Positions 10,201-18,873 of a stretch of 29,717 nucleotides of DNA are shown here, piece after piece. The DNA is from Elusimicrobiota bacterium. Its GTDB lineage: Bacteria > Elusimicrobiota > Elusimicrobia > FEN-1173. Position 1 is the stretch's first letter. Each line of letters begins with the position of its first letter. Where the stretch lies: the NCBI GenBank assembly GCA_003158755.1, contig PMLF01000345.1, positions 2,041 to 31,757 on the forward strand, in the 5' to 3' direction. Below the pieces are notes generated by a model. That model made no database searches. It was given only the letters and a program-made list of their open reading frames with translations, and was not told the DNA's origin. Position numbers and translations under genes: made by a program.

Positions 10201-12463
10201 CGAAGGCGGCGTCGATTTCGACGTGACCAACGACGTCCGCAACGTCCGGGCGGGACCCGTCAGCTTTTTCGGAGGCCTGCGTTTGACCGGGTCGTGGCGC
10301 GCGTCGCCCGCCCGTCTGACGACGATCGTGGCCGCGGAGGACCTGTGGATCAACCAGCAAGTCTTCGACAAGGAACTGGCGCGGGTCACCTGGTCGAAGG
10401 ACCGCCTCGCTTTCGATGCCCCCGCCGGCGCGTCGCAACGGCTGACCGGCGCCGTCGACCTGTCGGACTGGCCCGGTCTCCGGTTTGAGGACCTGGCGTT
10501 GTGGCTCAACGGCGACCGCCTTCTCCGCTTGAACGGAAGCGCGGGCCCGTCCGGACCTTGGAATTTTTCCTTCGAGGGACATGGATTGGAATCGGGGATC
10601 CTCCTTTCCCTGGCCGACCTCGACGTGTCGGGAGACGGGGCCGTCGACGTTTTCCTCACCGGACGGGGGTCGGGCGCCGACCCGACCGTCGAGGCCGAAG
10701 TGGTGGGCGGCGCGGGCACGTTGGGCGGCGTGCCCTACGACGGGTTGGATGCGGCGGTATCCTGGTCCCGGAACCGAGTCCAGCTTCGACGGTTTAAACT
10801 ATTCCATCGAAAGGGTTACGTTCTTTCCGGCACCGGAGAAATGGCCGCCTCCGAAGAACGCGGCGCCCCCCCGCAGATGAGTTTCCTTTTGCGGCTGACC
10901 AACGGGAACCTCGCACTTCTCAAGGAACTATGGCCCGATTGCGTCTCGGCGCGGGGAGCTTTTGAAGGAGAGCTTTCGCTGACGCCCGGGAAAGAGGGCC
11001 CGGTGGTGGACGGATCGTTCTCCCTCGACAACGCCTCCGTTCGCGCCGACAAATACGTCGGGCGGGTCAAGGACCTGACCGTTCGGCTGAGGATGAAGGA
11101 TAACCGCGTGTTCATGGAGGACGTCTCCGGCCGGGAGGATAAGGGCCGCTTCGTTCTGGAGGGGAGCGTGGGGTTGGAGGGAGGCCGCGTGAAGGACTAC
11201 GACCTCCGATTTCGCACCCTGGGCCGGCGAGGAATTCCATTTTCCATGCCACAGCTTTCCGTGCCGCCGGGGCCGCTCCTCAACCAGTTCTCCTTTTTAA
11301 GGAAGACGTTTCAAGGGGAATCGTCGGGGGAACCGCGGGCGGAAATCACGATCAAAGGACCTCACGGATCCCATGTCATCGCGGGGGAAATCATCCTTGA
11401 AGATTCTCGCTTCACGTATCCTCCCCTTCCCGGCGCCTTCGGGTTGGGGAACCGAGGCACGTGGTGGTGGGAGTTTTGGCGGGAAGCCACCTGGGACGTG
11501 ACCATAAAAACCGGGAAGAACTCCTGGTATCGAAACGAGTTCGTGAACGCCCGCGTGGACGGTTGGTTGACCCTCTTGGGTCCCAAAGAAGCGTTGAAGG
11601 TGGACGGCAAGATCCGGACCGACCAGGGGATCATTTCCTACCTCGGACAACCCTTTCAAATCAAACAGGCGGTTTTCGAGGTTGTTACCGACACCAGACC
11701 CGGCGTTTCCGAGGGGACGTCCCTGGCCTACATCTCCGGCGAGGCCGAACGCAGCGCGACGACCATCGACGCGAGCGGAGTCGCCTCGATGGACGTCGTC
11801 ACCATGTCCGTGCCCCGGTCCCGTTTGGGGGAAATCCGTCCGAGATTCGCTTCCCGAAACAACCCCGGGCTCTCCTCCGAACGGGTCTTCCAAAAGCTGT
11901 TGGGATTCTCTTCCCAGGATTCCCACCAGGGGCCGACCACGGAAGAACAGGACCAATTGCTCCGGGCGGGATTGGTGCAGCTCGTGGGCTCCAGCGCCGG
12001 CCCCTTCGCCAACCGGCTTGCCCAGCTTTTCGGAATTGATATGATTGCTGCCGTATACGAGCCAACGGCTCCTCTTGGGGGGAACAGCAACACTCCCCAG
12101 GACGTCGGAGACCTCCGGCGCCTGGCGGTGGAACCGGCCGGAGCGCGGTCCACCATGAACACCTGGTCGGATCTTCTGAGGGGAACCGGCGCCTCCGCGG
12201 GGGTAAAACTCTCGGACCGGATTTTTGGCGTCTATAAGTTCAAGGTGGATCAGTCGCCCACCAATCAAGTTTTCCTCCACGATGAGGTTCAGGTCGTTGG
12301 ACGGGTCGTCGGGAATATTTACTTGAAATTCTCAACGGAACTGGATACCCGGTCGCTCTTGGGCCAGCCTCCCAACCGGCAGATCCTGCTGGAAAGGCAG
12401 TGGCGGTTCGGGCTGCCGTCTCGTAAACCGGAAAACCCAAAGAAAGAAACCCCGGCGCCTTGA
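7259..12463 (+). CDS. tamB: Large TamB/AsmA-like protein (1734 aa)
   Basis: N-terminal TM anchor and AsmA-like start; long Gly-rich repeating beta-strand body; C-terminal TamB-like segment (GWLTLLG..LKVDGKIRTDQGIISYLGQPFQI); directly upstream of bamA. Confidence 0.75.
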   Translation: MRRRLWLLILVLSSAALGVSWVLWGVPRAEKFLYPKVKKILTSRLHRPVRLDGVRLNPLLLSITLENLRVPAGTGPDAPELFACRRWTLFLTPIHRSRQFPWFSLSIGKSTFDVPVLHLDALPPSAGGKLFPGGFPIFPAHRLEWSNGSIHFPAYEKFPSFTLSKCEGTAVVTNADASVDVNGVTPWGPLLSAGRLEVASIFNRSEGLQWKVLVSLPEGRLEEWLPLLPAAVPGRGEGTVGLTLTMQGGSQKSGVDRWGLDADFKKASWTFDRRPWPLSGRLRFASDEVATDGFALGPLKISGKATNPWKSPRMDASLVVDDLPLDDLRMRLPWKPLSALPWRGKASLTASIKGSLERPDLRVSFKAENAGAGPLVLPGLKATLTTKTDRFILDAFLAGGRIHAEAKRTAQNPWPSSDWEGHAESLSLDALAAAGKWGKVGGSLNGNFALRREPVSGEPLAGGVLRLERPAWGDYRLDETVIAYFSWRNDAIRFHNKSDTLDVLVRRTLAGWNLERLSYTRADGMALSGEGSIDGSEKNVSFKASLRQASLRDIPVLLERFPDVEGRWQADVSAEGTLAAPRISLFFEGSGARLRRDAEAHSFRGRARWESASFSLDELRLDDAWKAAAVRSSDGQWLVNVTADGADAALFREISRSSAPVSGRFSASLSASGGGDVPWEGSLRSKATDLRWESRSVSSAVLRADWGKDRIRVGEFSVAFASRSFSYDGEFLRRSPSEWTLSVEGPGIERAEGLARLGDGTLSVRGVKLGDGMVFDGYLDLPRKFIRAGLRGEKVQASALARRTGTDWPRRLGGSLSGEAKMEGPFSSPAFSLAFDWSDARWREVPLMLSFRGGWAGGPLRVDQALFTTPDGGRLECRGAVSGNEEDPLTLSIEASGLPATAAGFLSGGTWGGEAVLEGSRRNPQGRFSMKAAGVRFDDRPPVTARLAGSLRGGTLIVEGAEAFNGESRWTLRPKSFLRFVEGGVDFDVTNDVRNVRAGPVSFFGGLRLTGSWRASPARLTTIVAAEDLWINQQVFDKELARVTWSKDRLAFDAPAGASQRLTGAVDLSDWPGLRFEDLALWLNGDRLLRLNGSAGPSGPWNFSFEGHGLESGILLSLADLDVSGDGAVDVFLTGRGSGADPTVEAEVVGGAGTLGGVPYDGLDAAVSWSRNRVQLRRFKLFHRKGYVLSGTGEMAASEERGAPPQMSFLLRLTNGNLALLKELWPDCVSARGAFEGELSLTPGKEGPVVDGSFSLDNASVRADKYVGRVKDLTVRLRMKDNRVFMEDVSGREDKGRFVLEGSVGLEGGRVKDYDLRFRTLGRRGIPFSMPQLSVPPGPLLNQFSFLRKTFQGESSGEPRAEITIKGPHGSHVIAGEIILEDSRFTYPPLPGAFGLGNRGTWWWEFWREATWDVTIKTGKNSWYRNEFVNARVDGWLTLLGPKEALKVDGKIRTDQGIISYLGQPFQIKQAVFEVVTDTRPGVSEGTSLAYISGEAERSATTIDASGVASMDVVTMSVPRSRLGEIRPRFASRNNPGLSSERVFQKLLGFSSQDSHQGPTTEEQDQLLRAGLVQLVGSSAGPFANRLAQLFGIDMIAAVYEPTAPLGGNSNTPQDVGDLRRLAVEPAGARSTMNTWSDLLRGTGASAGVKLSDRIFGVYKFKVDQSPTNQVFLHDEVQVVGRVVGNIYLKFSTELDTRSLLGQPPNRQILLERQWRFGLPSRKPENPKKETPAP

Positions 12464-12554
12464 TCCGACGACACTTTATTAAGGCGCCCAGCGTCCAACA
12501 AAGCCGACACGTTTGCTTGCAGTTCCATCACGCGTTAAAAGGCCCGGATATTTC

Positions 12555-14990
12555 ATGAGACGTTCTTGCGTTCCCTATCGGTTCCTCCTATTTTTTGCGG
12601 CAAGCGTTTGGCTATTCGCCGGATCCCTCCACGCCAAAACCAAGGAGCCACCGCCGACCGACGCCTTGTTCATCGGGGACGTTACGGTCCAGGGAGACCG
12701 GTTCATCAAGAAAAAGACTGCTTTGGGAAAAGTGAAAGCCCGCAAAAACGACGTCATCATTGATCCCACCTTTCGCGGCGACGTGGACCGGCTGCTGGAA
12801 TCCGGCCTCTTCGACGACGTCCAAGTTTCCTTGGAAGATATGCCGGAAGCCCTGGACGCGCAGGGGCGCCCGAAGAAACGCGTTATTTTCATTCTCCAAG
12901 AACGCCCCGTCATACGCCGCGTCGACTACAAAGGGAACAAGAAATTATCCAAGGGCAAGTTCGACGACGACGTCAGTTCCAAGGCCGGCGACCCCTACGA
13001 TAAGTTCAAGGCCGCCCAGGACATCCAAAAAATCCTCTCCAAATACCGCGACGAGGGATACTCCGACGCCTCCGTCGAAACCTATACGTCTCTCGCCCCG
13101 GAAACCAATAAATTGATCCTGACCTTCTTCATCACGGAAGGACAACGCATTTTGATTCAGAAAGTGGATTTCACGGGCAATAAAATTTACGCCACGAAAA
13201 AATTGCGCCGAATCTTCAAGAAAATCCGCCGCAACAAACCCTTCAAGGAAGACCTCCTGAAGGAAGACATGGAAGCGATGGAAAAGTATTACAAGAACCA
13301 CGGCTACCTGAAGGCTTCCGTGGGAGACCCCAAACGGGACTTTTCCGACGACCGCACCAAGGTCGCCCTGACCTTCGCCGTGGAAGAAGGGCGGCGCTAC
13401 CGGGTGGGAGATTTCACCTTTTCGGGCGCGTCCATTTATTCGGACAAGGAACTGCGCAAAGCGGTCGTCTTCCAGAAGGGTCAGCTCTATACACAGGACA
13501 AGATGGACGAGAGCCGCCAGAACCTCCAGGACCTGTACGCCGATAAGGGATACCTCCGCGCGGAGATCACCCCGACGGAAAAAGTCCTCGAACTGCCGAA
13601 CAACCAAGCGAGCGTGGACTACCATTTCACCATCGTGGAAAGCTCGGTCGTCTACGTCGACCGCATCTACATCGACGGCAACACCTACACCAAGGACAAG
13701 GTCATCCGCCGCGAGGTGCTCCTTAAAGAGGGGGACGTCTTCTCCTCCGGGAAGCTGCGGCGCTCGGTGGAAAAAATCTACAACCTCGGCTTCCTGGACG
13801 ACGTCCAGCCGGACGTCCAGCAGCCCCGCTCCCCCGTCAAGGCGGACGTGGTCTTCAGCGTCACGGAAGGCAAACCCGGCGTGCTGTCGGCCGGCGCCGG
13901 CTATTCCAGCGTCGACAAGCTGGTCGGCAACCTTTCCGTGCAGCACAACAACCTGTTCGGCCTCGGCCAAAAAGCCACCGCCTCATGGGAATTCGGCAAA
14001 CGCCGGCAGAGCTTCGACGTGGGTTGGGTGGACCCGTGGTTTATGGACAAACCCATGAGTTTCGGCGTCGACGTTTTCAACGTCGACCGCAAGCTCATCG
14101 CCCGAGCTCCCAACTACGACCCCATCACGCTGGTGGAGAACACCGGCTACTTCGTCGAAAACCAAACCGCCTATTCCTATACCCGACGGGGTTTTACCTT
14201 AAGCCTTTCACCGCGATTGACGGACCGCCTTTCCCTTTACCACGCCTACACTTTTGAGCGGCTGATCACCCACGCCATCGATCCCTTCTTCGCCAACCAC
14301 CCCGATCCGCTTTACCAAATCGTCGGTCGGGACGACATCAAATCCTCCATCACGAACGGCGTTGCTTACGATACGCGGGACTATTACCTGGACGCTTCCA
14401 AGGGTCAACGGAGCTCCGCCAACGTTGAAGTGGCCGGCGGACCCTTCCGTCTGGGGGAACACGTAAAAAATATGACCTTCTACAAACCGGATTTTGCCAG
14501 CGCCTTTTATTTCCCGACCTTCTGGAAGTTGGTGTTCTCGGTTTCGGGACGGATGAGCTTCATTGAGGAATTTGACGGCTATACCCTGCCGTCCCAATCC
14601 GCCGAACGTTTCCTGCTGGGTGGCGTGGACACCGTCCGGGGTTACCGCCTGGGCAACGTCGGAACGCAATACGCCCGTTCCATGTTGATCTTCAACGCCG
14701 AATATAAATTTCCCATCGTCCAGGAAAAAAGGAAAACCATCCTTCAAGGAGCGTTCTTCGCCGACGCCGGCGGCGCCTGGGACCGGGGGACCAGCAGCGA
14801 TCCCCTCCGTCACATGAACTGGCAGATCGGGAACGAACCGCAACAAATGAGGGCCTCCTGGGGTTTCGGAATCCGATTCAAGACTCCCGTCTTCCCCATT
14901 CGTTTGGACTACGCGTTCCCGTTGAGCAAAGCCCGGCCCGGGGGAGAGTCCTTTGAGCGCTTCAGCTTCAACATCGGGAACATCTTCTGA
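12555..14990 (+). CDS. bamA: Outer membrane protein assembly factor BamA
   Basis: Signal peptide from ATG 12555; five POTRA repeats; barrel start GVLSAGAGYS; VRGY loop-6 motif; ends FSFNIGNIF. Confidence 0.95.
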   Translation: MRRSCVPYRFLLFFAASVWLFAGSLHAKTKEPPPTDALFIGDVTVQGDRFIKKKTALGKVKARKNDVIIDPTFRGDVDRLLESGLFDDVQVSLEDMPEALDAQGRPKKRVIFILQERPVIRRVDYKGNKKLSKGKFDDDVSSKAGDPYDKFKAAQDIQKILSKYRDEGYSDASVETYTSLAPETNKLILTFFITEGQRILIQKVDFTGNKIYATKKLRRIFKKIRRNKPFKEDLLKEDMEAMEKYYKNHGYLKASVGDPKRDFSDDRTKVALTFAVEEGRRYRVGDFTFSGASIYSDKELRKAVVFQKGQLYTQDKMDESRQNLQDLYADKGYLRAEITPTEKVLELPNNQASVDYHFTIVESSVVYVDRIYIDGNTYTKDKVIRREVLLKEGDVFSSGKLRRSVEKIYNLGFLDDVQPDVQQPRSPVKADVVFSVTEGKPGVLSAGAGYSSVDKLVGNLSVQHNNLFGLGQKATASWEFGKRRQSFDVGWVDPWFMDKPMSFGVDVFNVDRKLIARAPNYDPITLVENTGYFVENQTAYSYTRRGFTLSLSPRLTDRLSLYHAYTFERLITHAIDPFFANHPDPLYQIVGRDDIKSSITNGVAYDTRDYYLDASKGQRSSANVEVAGGPFRLGEHVKNMTFYKPDFASAFYFPTFWKLVFSVSGRMSFIEEFDGYTLPSQSAERFLLGGVDTVRGYRLGNVGTQYARSMLIFNAEYKFPIVQEKRKTILQGAFFADAGGAWDRGTSSDPLRHMNWQIGNEPQQMRASWGFGIRFKTPVFPIRLDYAFPLSKARPGGESFERFSFNIGNIF

Positions 14991-15015
14991 TGGGAACCGT
15001 TTTCGTCGTAAATCA

Positions 15016-15044
15016 TTGACAACTCGCCGCGATTCCGTTAACTT
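15016..15044 (+). promoter_or_regulatory. Sigma70-type promoter of the four-gene export operon
   Basis: TTGACA (15016-15021), 17 nt, TAACTT (15039-15044); ATG follows after 9 nt. Confidence 0.7.
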
Positions 15045-15053
15045 GTCGGGTAA

Positions 15054-15677
15054 ATGGATACGGTGGAGCTACTTCTAAAGGACACCTTCTTTTGGGCGGC
15101 GGCGGGAGTTTTCCTGCTCAGCTTATCCGTCTTCCTCTGGAGCCTGACGAGATTGCGAACGAAGTCCTCCTCCACGGGAGGAATGCCGTCTCTTTCATCC
15201 CGCGATTTTCCGTCACCGATGAATCCTTCTTCCGTCCCCCGCGACAAAAAGAGCCTTTGGGATTTCCCGCCTCCCGAGCTTCCTCCCGTTTTGCCGCCGG
15301 ACATGGAAGCAACGATGAAGCTCAAAGGGGCCGCCGGAAAACCCCCGGCGCCCACTCCGCCCGACTCTCCCCTTCTTCCTCAACGAGGAGATCCGACGTT
15401 GGTGCTTAGCGTCATGGAAGACAAATTCGCTGAACTGGCGAAACGCATCGCGGCTATTGAGCACCCCAAGAAGGATCAAGCTCCTTCCTATTTGGAACCC
15501 CTACTCAAGCGCGTGCAGGACATGGAATCGGAGTTGAAAAACCTGAAGTTCGCGTTCACACAACTGTCCTCGGCTCAAAACGCCATCAACTTAAACGACC
15601 TCACCGCCAAGATCCAGGGAATGCAGCAGATGATGGAACACCTGACCGGCGGGACGGACGTGTCCAAACCCTCATGA
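15054..15677 (+). CDS. Hypothetical membrane-anchored protein (TM, Pro/Ser-rich linker, coiled coil)
   Basis: TM FFWAAAGVFLLSLSVFLWSL followed by RLRTK; Pro-rich middle; heptad-like C-terminus; ATGA overlap with the next gene. Confidence 0.7.
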   Translation: MDTVELLLKDTFFWAAAGVFLLSLSVFLWSLTRLRTKSSSTGGMPSLSSRDFPSPMNPSSVPRDKKSLWDFPPPELPPVLPPDMEATMKLKGAAGKPPAPTPPDSPLLPQRGDPTLVLSVMEDKFAELAKRIAAIEHPKKDQAPSYLEPLLKRVQDMESELKNLKFAFTQLSSAQNAINLNDLTAKIQGMQQMMEHLTGGTDVSKPS

Positions 15678-16189
15678 CCATGGCCCTCGACAAACGATCC
15701 GCCTTAACGATATGCCTTGGAAGCTTCTTCCTCATGCTGGGATCGGGTATCCTTCTATGGTCCCGATGGGACAAGCTGTCCCACGGGGCTCCGGCGGTGA
15801 AGAAAGTTTCTTTGCCTGAAACCTTCGATCCGGCCTTCGGCGTCGGTACGGGGTGGCCCGCCGCTGCGTCGCCCGCCGCCCCCGCGACGCCGGGCAGGCC
15901 TCCGGTCCGATCCCCGGCCCCCAGCCCTGATCCCGGCGCAACGCGCAACATACGATTCACCTTCCGCGATTCACGACCGGCCAAAGTGGAACTCGTCGGG
16001 AATTTCAATAATTGGACGCCGGAAGCCATGACAAAAGGGGACAACTTCGTCTGGGACGTTTCCGTTCCCCTGAAACCGGGCGAATACACCTACAATTTTC
16101 TGGTGGACGGCAAACCGTCGAGGGATCCCAACAACCCCCGCACGGCCCCCGAGGGGAGGTCCCTCCTGGTGGTAAAAAATTTACCATGA
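15674..16189 (+). CDS. Membrane-anchored CBM48/AMPK-beta-like glycogen-binding domain protein
   Basis: N-terminal TM; Pro/Ala linker; C-terminal AKVELVGNFNNW...WDVSVPLKPGEYTYNFLVDGK...DPNNP, typical of AMPK1_CBM/CBM48. Confidence 0.85.
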   Translation: MTMALDKRSALTICLGSFFLMLGSGILLWSRWDKLSHGAPAVKKVSLPETFDPAFGVGTGWPAAASPAAPATPGRPPVRSPAPSPDPGATRNIRFTFRDSRPAKVELVGNFNNWTPEAMTKGDNFVWDVSVPLKPGEYTYNFLVDGKPSRDPNNPRTAPEGRSLLVVKNLP

Positions 16190-17454
16190 GGCGTTTTCTA
16201 CTCCTTTTCCTCGCCGTTTCCCTCCCGTTTTCATCCTTCCCCGTCGCCGCGAAGTCTCCGACCAAATCAAAACCCTCCGCCCTTCAGCGGGATTTGGCCT
16301 ACTACCGCCACCTGGCCAAAGCGAGGAAGATGAGTCCGAACGACCGCCTTTACATTTTGTACCGCATGAAGGGGAAATACGCCGAAACGAAGTCGGACCT
16401 GGCGCCGCTCCTCGGAGAAATTGATCGATGGGAAACCGCGAAGCGCACGGGGAAAGACCCGGGAGCGCCGAAAAAATCGCACCCGTCCAAGGTCGCCGCA
16501 AAACATCCGAGTGCGTCTCCGGTCCAAGCTTCGACGACGACACCCGCCAAAGCGGCGGAACCCGCGGTCCCCTCCGCGTCCATGACCGAGGTTTCCGCCT
16601 CCACCGTGACGGTCCAGCCGGTAAACATGGACGCTCTCCTTCAGCCCGGCGATTTTTTGACCATCAAGGTTTTCCCGACCAAGGACCTGAACCGGGAAAC
16701 CGTCGTTCAACCCGACGGCACGATCGTGTTCCCGCTCCTCGGGACCCTCCCGGTCCAAGGGATCACCCAAACCTCCCTGGAAAAAACCCTCGTTAAAAAA
16801 CTCAGGCGCTACGTCACGGCGCCGCAAGTCCGCGTCACGGTTCGTCGTTCTTCGGACAACATCGTTCTGGTCACGGGACGGGTGGTGAATCCCGGGGCCG
16901 TGGCTTATCGAACGGGAATGAAAACGCTTTCCGCGGTCTCCTCCGCCGGAGGTTTCCAAGAAGACGCCGATCGGTCCGGCGTCTTGGTCCGCCGATACCG
17001 GGGGAAGGACCAAACCACCTTCACCGTCGATCTCCGGGCGGTCCAAATGTATTGCGACTCGACGAAGGATTCCCTTCTTCAGCCGGGCGACGTCGTGGAC
17101 GTTCCCCGGGAAGGGAACAACGTCTCGATCCATGGAATGGTGAACCATCCCGGGAACTATTCCTTCCAGAAAGGGATCACGCTTCTGGAACTGCTCTCCG
17201 ACGCCGGAGGGTTCGCCGTCGGCGCCAAGACGGAAACGGTCTTCCTTTACCGCCAAGGAGGCTCCGGGCGAAACTCGGAAACGGTCAACGTCGACCGACT
17301 GTTAAACAAACATCCCGAAAGCGACCCCGTCCTGAAAGGCGGCGACATCGTCATGGTTCCTCAGAAAACGTTTTACGCCGGGACGGCGGCCATGACCCCT
17401 TGGATGTACCTCGCCACCCTGGTGATCGCCGTCGTCGTGGCGACGAAAAACTGA
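16186..17454 (+). CDS. Wza/OPX-like polysaccharide export protein with an N-terminal extension
   Basis: LQPGDFLTIKVF, PDGTIVFPLLG (Poly_export domain); SLBB repeats (AVSSAGGF, LLSDAGGF, LQPGDVVDVP, LKGGDIVMVP); hydrophobic C-terminal helix; ATGA overlap sets the start at 16186. Confidence 0.88.
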   Translation: MRRFLLLFLAVSLPFSSFPVAAKSPTKSKPSALQRDLAYYRHLAKARKMSPNDRLYILYRMKGKYAETKSDLAPLLGEIDRWETAKRTGKDPGAPKKSHPSKVAAKHPSASPVQASTTTPAKAAEPAVPSASMTEVSASTVTVQPVNMDALLQPGDFLTIKVFPTKDLNRETVVQPDGTIVFPLLGTLPVQGITQTSLEKTLVKKLRRYVTAPQVRVTVRRSSDNIVLVTGRVVNPGAVAYRTGMKTLSAVSSAGGFQEDADRSGVLVRRYRGKDQTTFTVDLRAVQMYCDSTKDSLLQPGDVVDVPREGNNVSIHGMVNHPGNYSFQKGITLLELLSDAGGFAVGAKTETVFLYRQGGSGRNSETVNVDRLLNKHPESDPVLKGGDIVMVPQKTFYAGTAAMTPWMYLATLVIAVVVATKN

Positions 17455-17455
17455 C

Positions 17456-18862
17456 TTGGACCCCGAGTCCCTTCCTGTTTCCCGCCGACGGTTCCTCCAC
17501 CGGCGGGCGTTTTTTGTCGGAGCGGGATTGTTGGCCCCGGCGGCCGCCTGGATCGTTACTCTTCTCCAAACACCCGTCTACCGAGCCTCGGCGGTCCTGA
17601 GGATCGATCCCAACGACCCGCTGAAAAGCGTCGGGGCCCTTCTGGACACCGAAGTGAAAAGGGCCGGTAGCCCGGACGTTGCCCGTCGGGCGGCGGCGCT
17701 CCTCGGCTGGGTGGCGCCCGCGATGCCGGAAGAAACCGTCCGAAACTTAGCGAACGCCATCCAATCGCAATCCGTCGTCGAGCGCGTGGGAGAATCCAAC
17801 CGCCTCCGGATTTCGGTATTGGACGCCAAGGCGGAAAGGGCCGCGGCCCTCGCCAACGCCCTGATGTACGCTTACATTCAACAAGCCATCGACAAGAACA
17901 ACTCGGTCGGGATCTTTGCCCAAAGCTCTTTCGTGGACCACCCCGCCCTGGCGCCGAAGCGGCCGCTGCGCCCCGATTTGTTCTTTAACCTTTCTCTGGG
18001 GGCGGGAGGTCTGTTCCTGGGGCTGGTATCGGCCTTCCTGACCGGAGAACCGGACGCTCCGCCGGTCACCGCCGAAGACAAGGAACAATTCTTCGGACTT
18101 CCCGTCCTATCCGTCATTCCCCGACTGTCCATCGCAAGCGTTCGATCCTTTTCCCTTTTCCGGCGAGGGCCGGGGATCGAAGAGAGTCGCCGACGAACGA
18201 TCCTCTTCCATCCGTCACCGTCCTCTTTCGCCGATTCCTACGAACCCCTTCGCGCGAACCTCTCCATCACCGCGCGACCCGGAGGCCGTCCGGCGCCGGC
18301 GGTGGCGTTCACCTCCGCCGCTTCCGGAGAGGGGAAAACGCTCACGGCAGTCAACGTCGCCCTGGCCGCGGCCCAATCGGGACTCCGCGTCCTTTTCATC
18401 GACGCCGATTTTCGCCGCCCCTTCGCCCACAAGCTCCTCGGGATGCCCCGGGAACCGGGACTTGTGGACGCCGTTCTGGGGAATAAAAATTGGTTGGTTT
18501 TCGTGCGGGGGATGCCCGACTTCCTTTTCGGGGAGTTGAAGGTGGCTCCCTGGCTCCAGTCCTCCGGCATCGAGAACTTTCACCTGCTCGCCAGCGGCCG
18601 GCCTCCCTTAAAACCCGAAGACGTCCTTCGGGAGCCTTCCTTCGATCGACTCCTGAAGGAGGCTCGCTCCCGGTTTGATTTGGTCGTCATCGACGGCGCG
18701 CCCGTGGGCCCTTTCGCCGACGCCTTGATCGTCGGCCAAAAAGCCGACGGGGTTGTCCTGGTGCGCCGATCCGGCGTCACGGACCGGGATGAGTTGAAGC
18801 GCGCCGCGCAACAACTCCTCGACGCGAAGTCCAGGGTTTTGGGGGTAGTGATAAACGGCTAG
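17456..18862 (+). CDS. Compact Wzc-like polysaccharide co-polymerase/BY-kinase fusion lacking the C-terminal Tyr cluster
   Basis: TTG start 1 nt after the wza stop; two TMs with TPVYRASA and PKRPLRP Wzz-like motifs; Walker A SAASGEGKT, A' FIDADFRRP, B VVIDGAP; ends VLGVVING. Confidence 0.85.
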   Translation: MDPESLPVSRRRFLHRRAFFVGAGLLAPAAAWIVTLLQTPVYRASAVLRIDPNDPLKSVGALLDTEVKRAGSPDVARRAAALLGWVAPAMPEETVRNLANAIQSQSVVERVGESNRLRISVLDAKAERAAALANALMYAYIQQAIDKNNSVGIFAQSSFVDHPALAPKRPLRPDLFFNLSLGAGGLFLGLVSAFLTGEPDAPPVTAEDKEQFFGLPVLSVIPRLSIASVRSFSLFRRGPGIEESRRRTILFHPSPSSFADSYEPLRANLSITARPGGRPAPAVAFTSAASGEGKTLTAVNVALAAAQSGLRVLFIDADFRRPFAHKLLGMPREPGLVDAVLGNKNWLVFVRGMPDFLFGELKVAPWLQSSGIENFHLLASGRPPLKPEDVLREPSFDRLLKEARSRFDLVVIDGAPVGPFADALIVGQKADGVVLVRRSGVTDRDELKRAAQQLLDAKSRVLGVVING

Positions 18863-18873
18863 GCGATATATTT

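Noticed and set aside
16290-16390. Tyr-rich segment of the Wza N-terminus as a trans substrate for the tail-less kinase
   Set aside because: It follows a cleavable-looking signal peptide, so it would be periplasmic and out of the kinase's reach.
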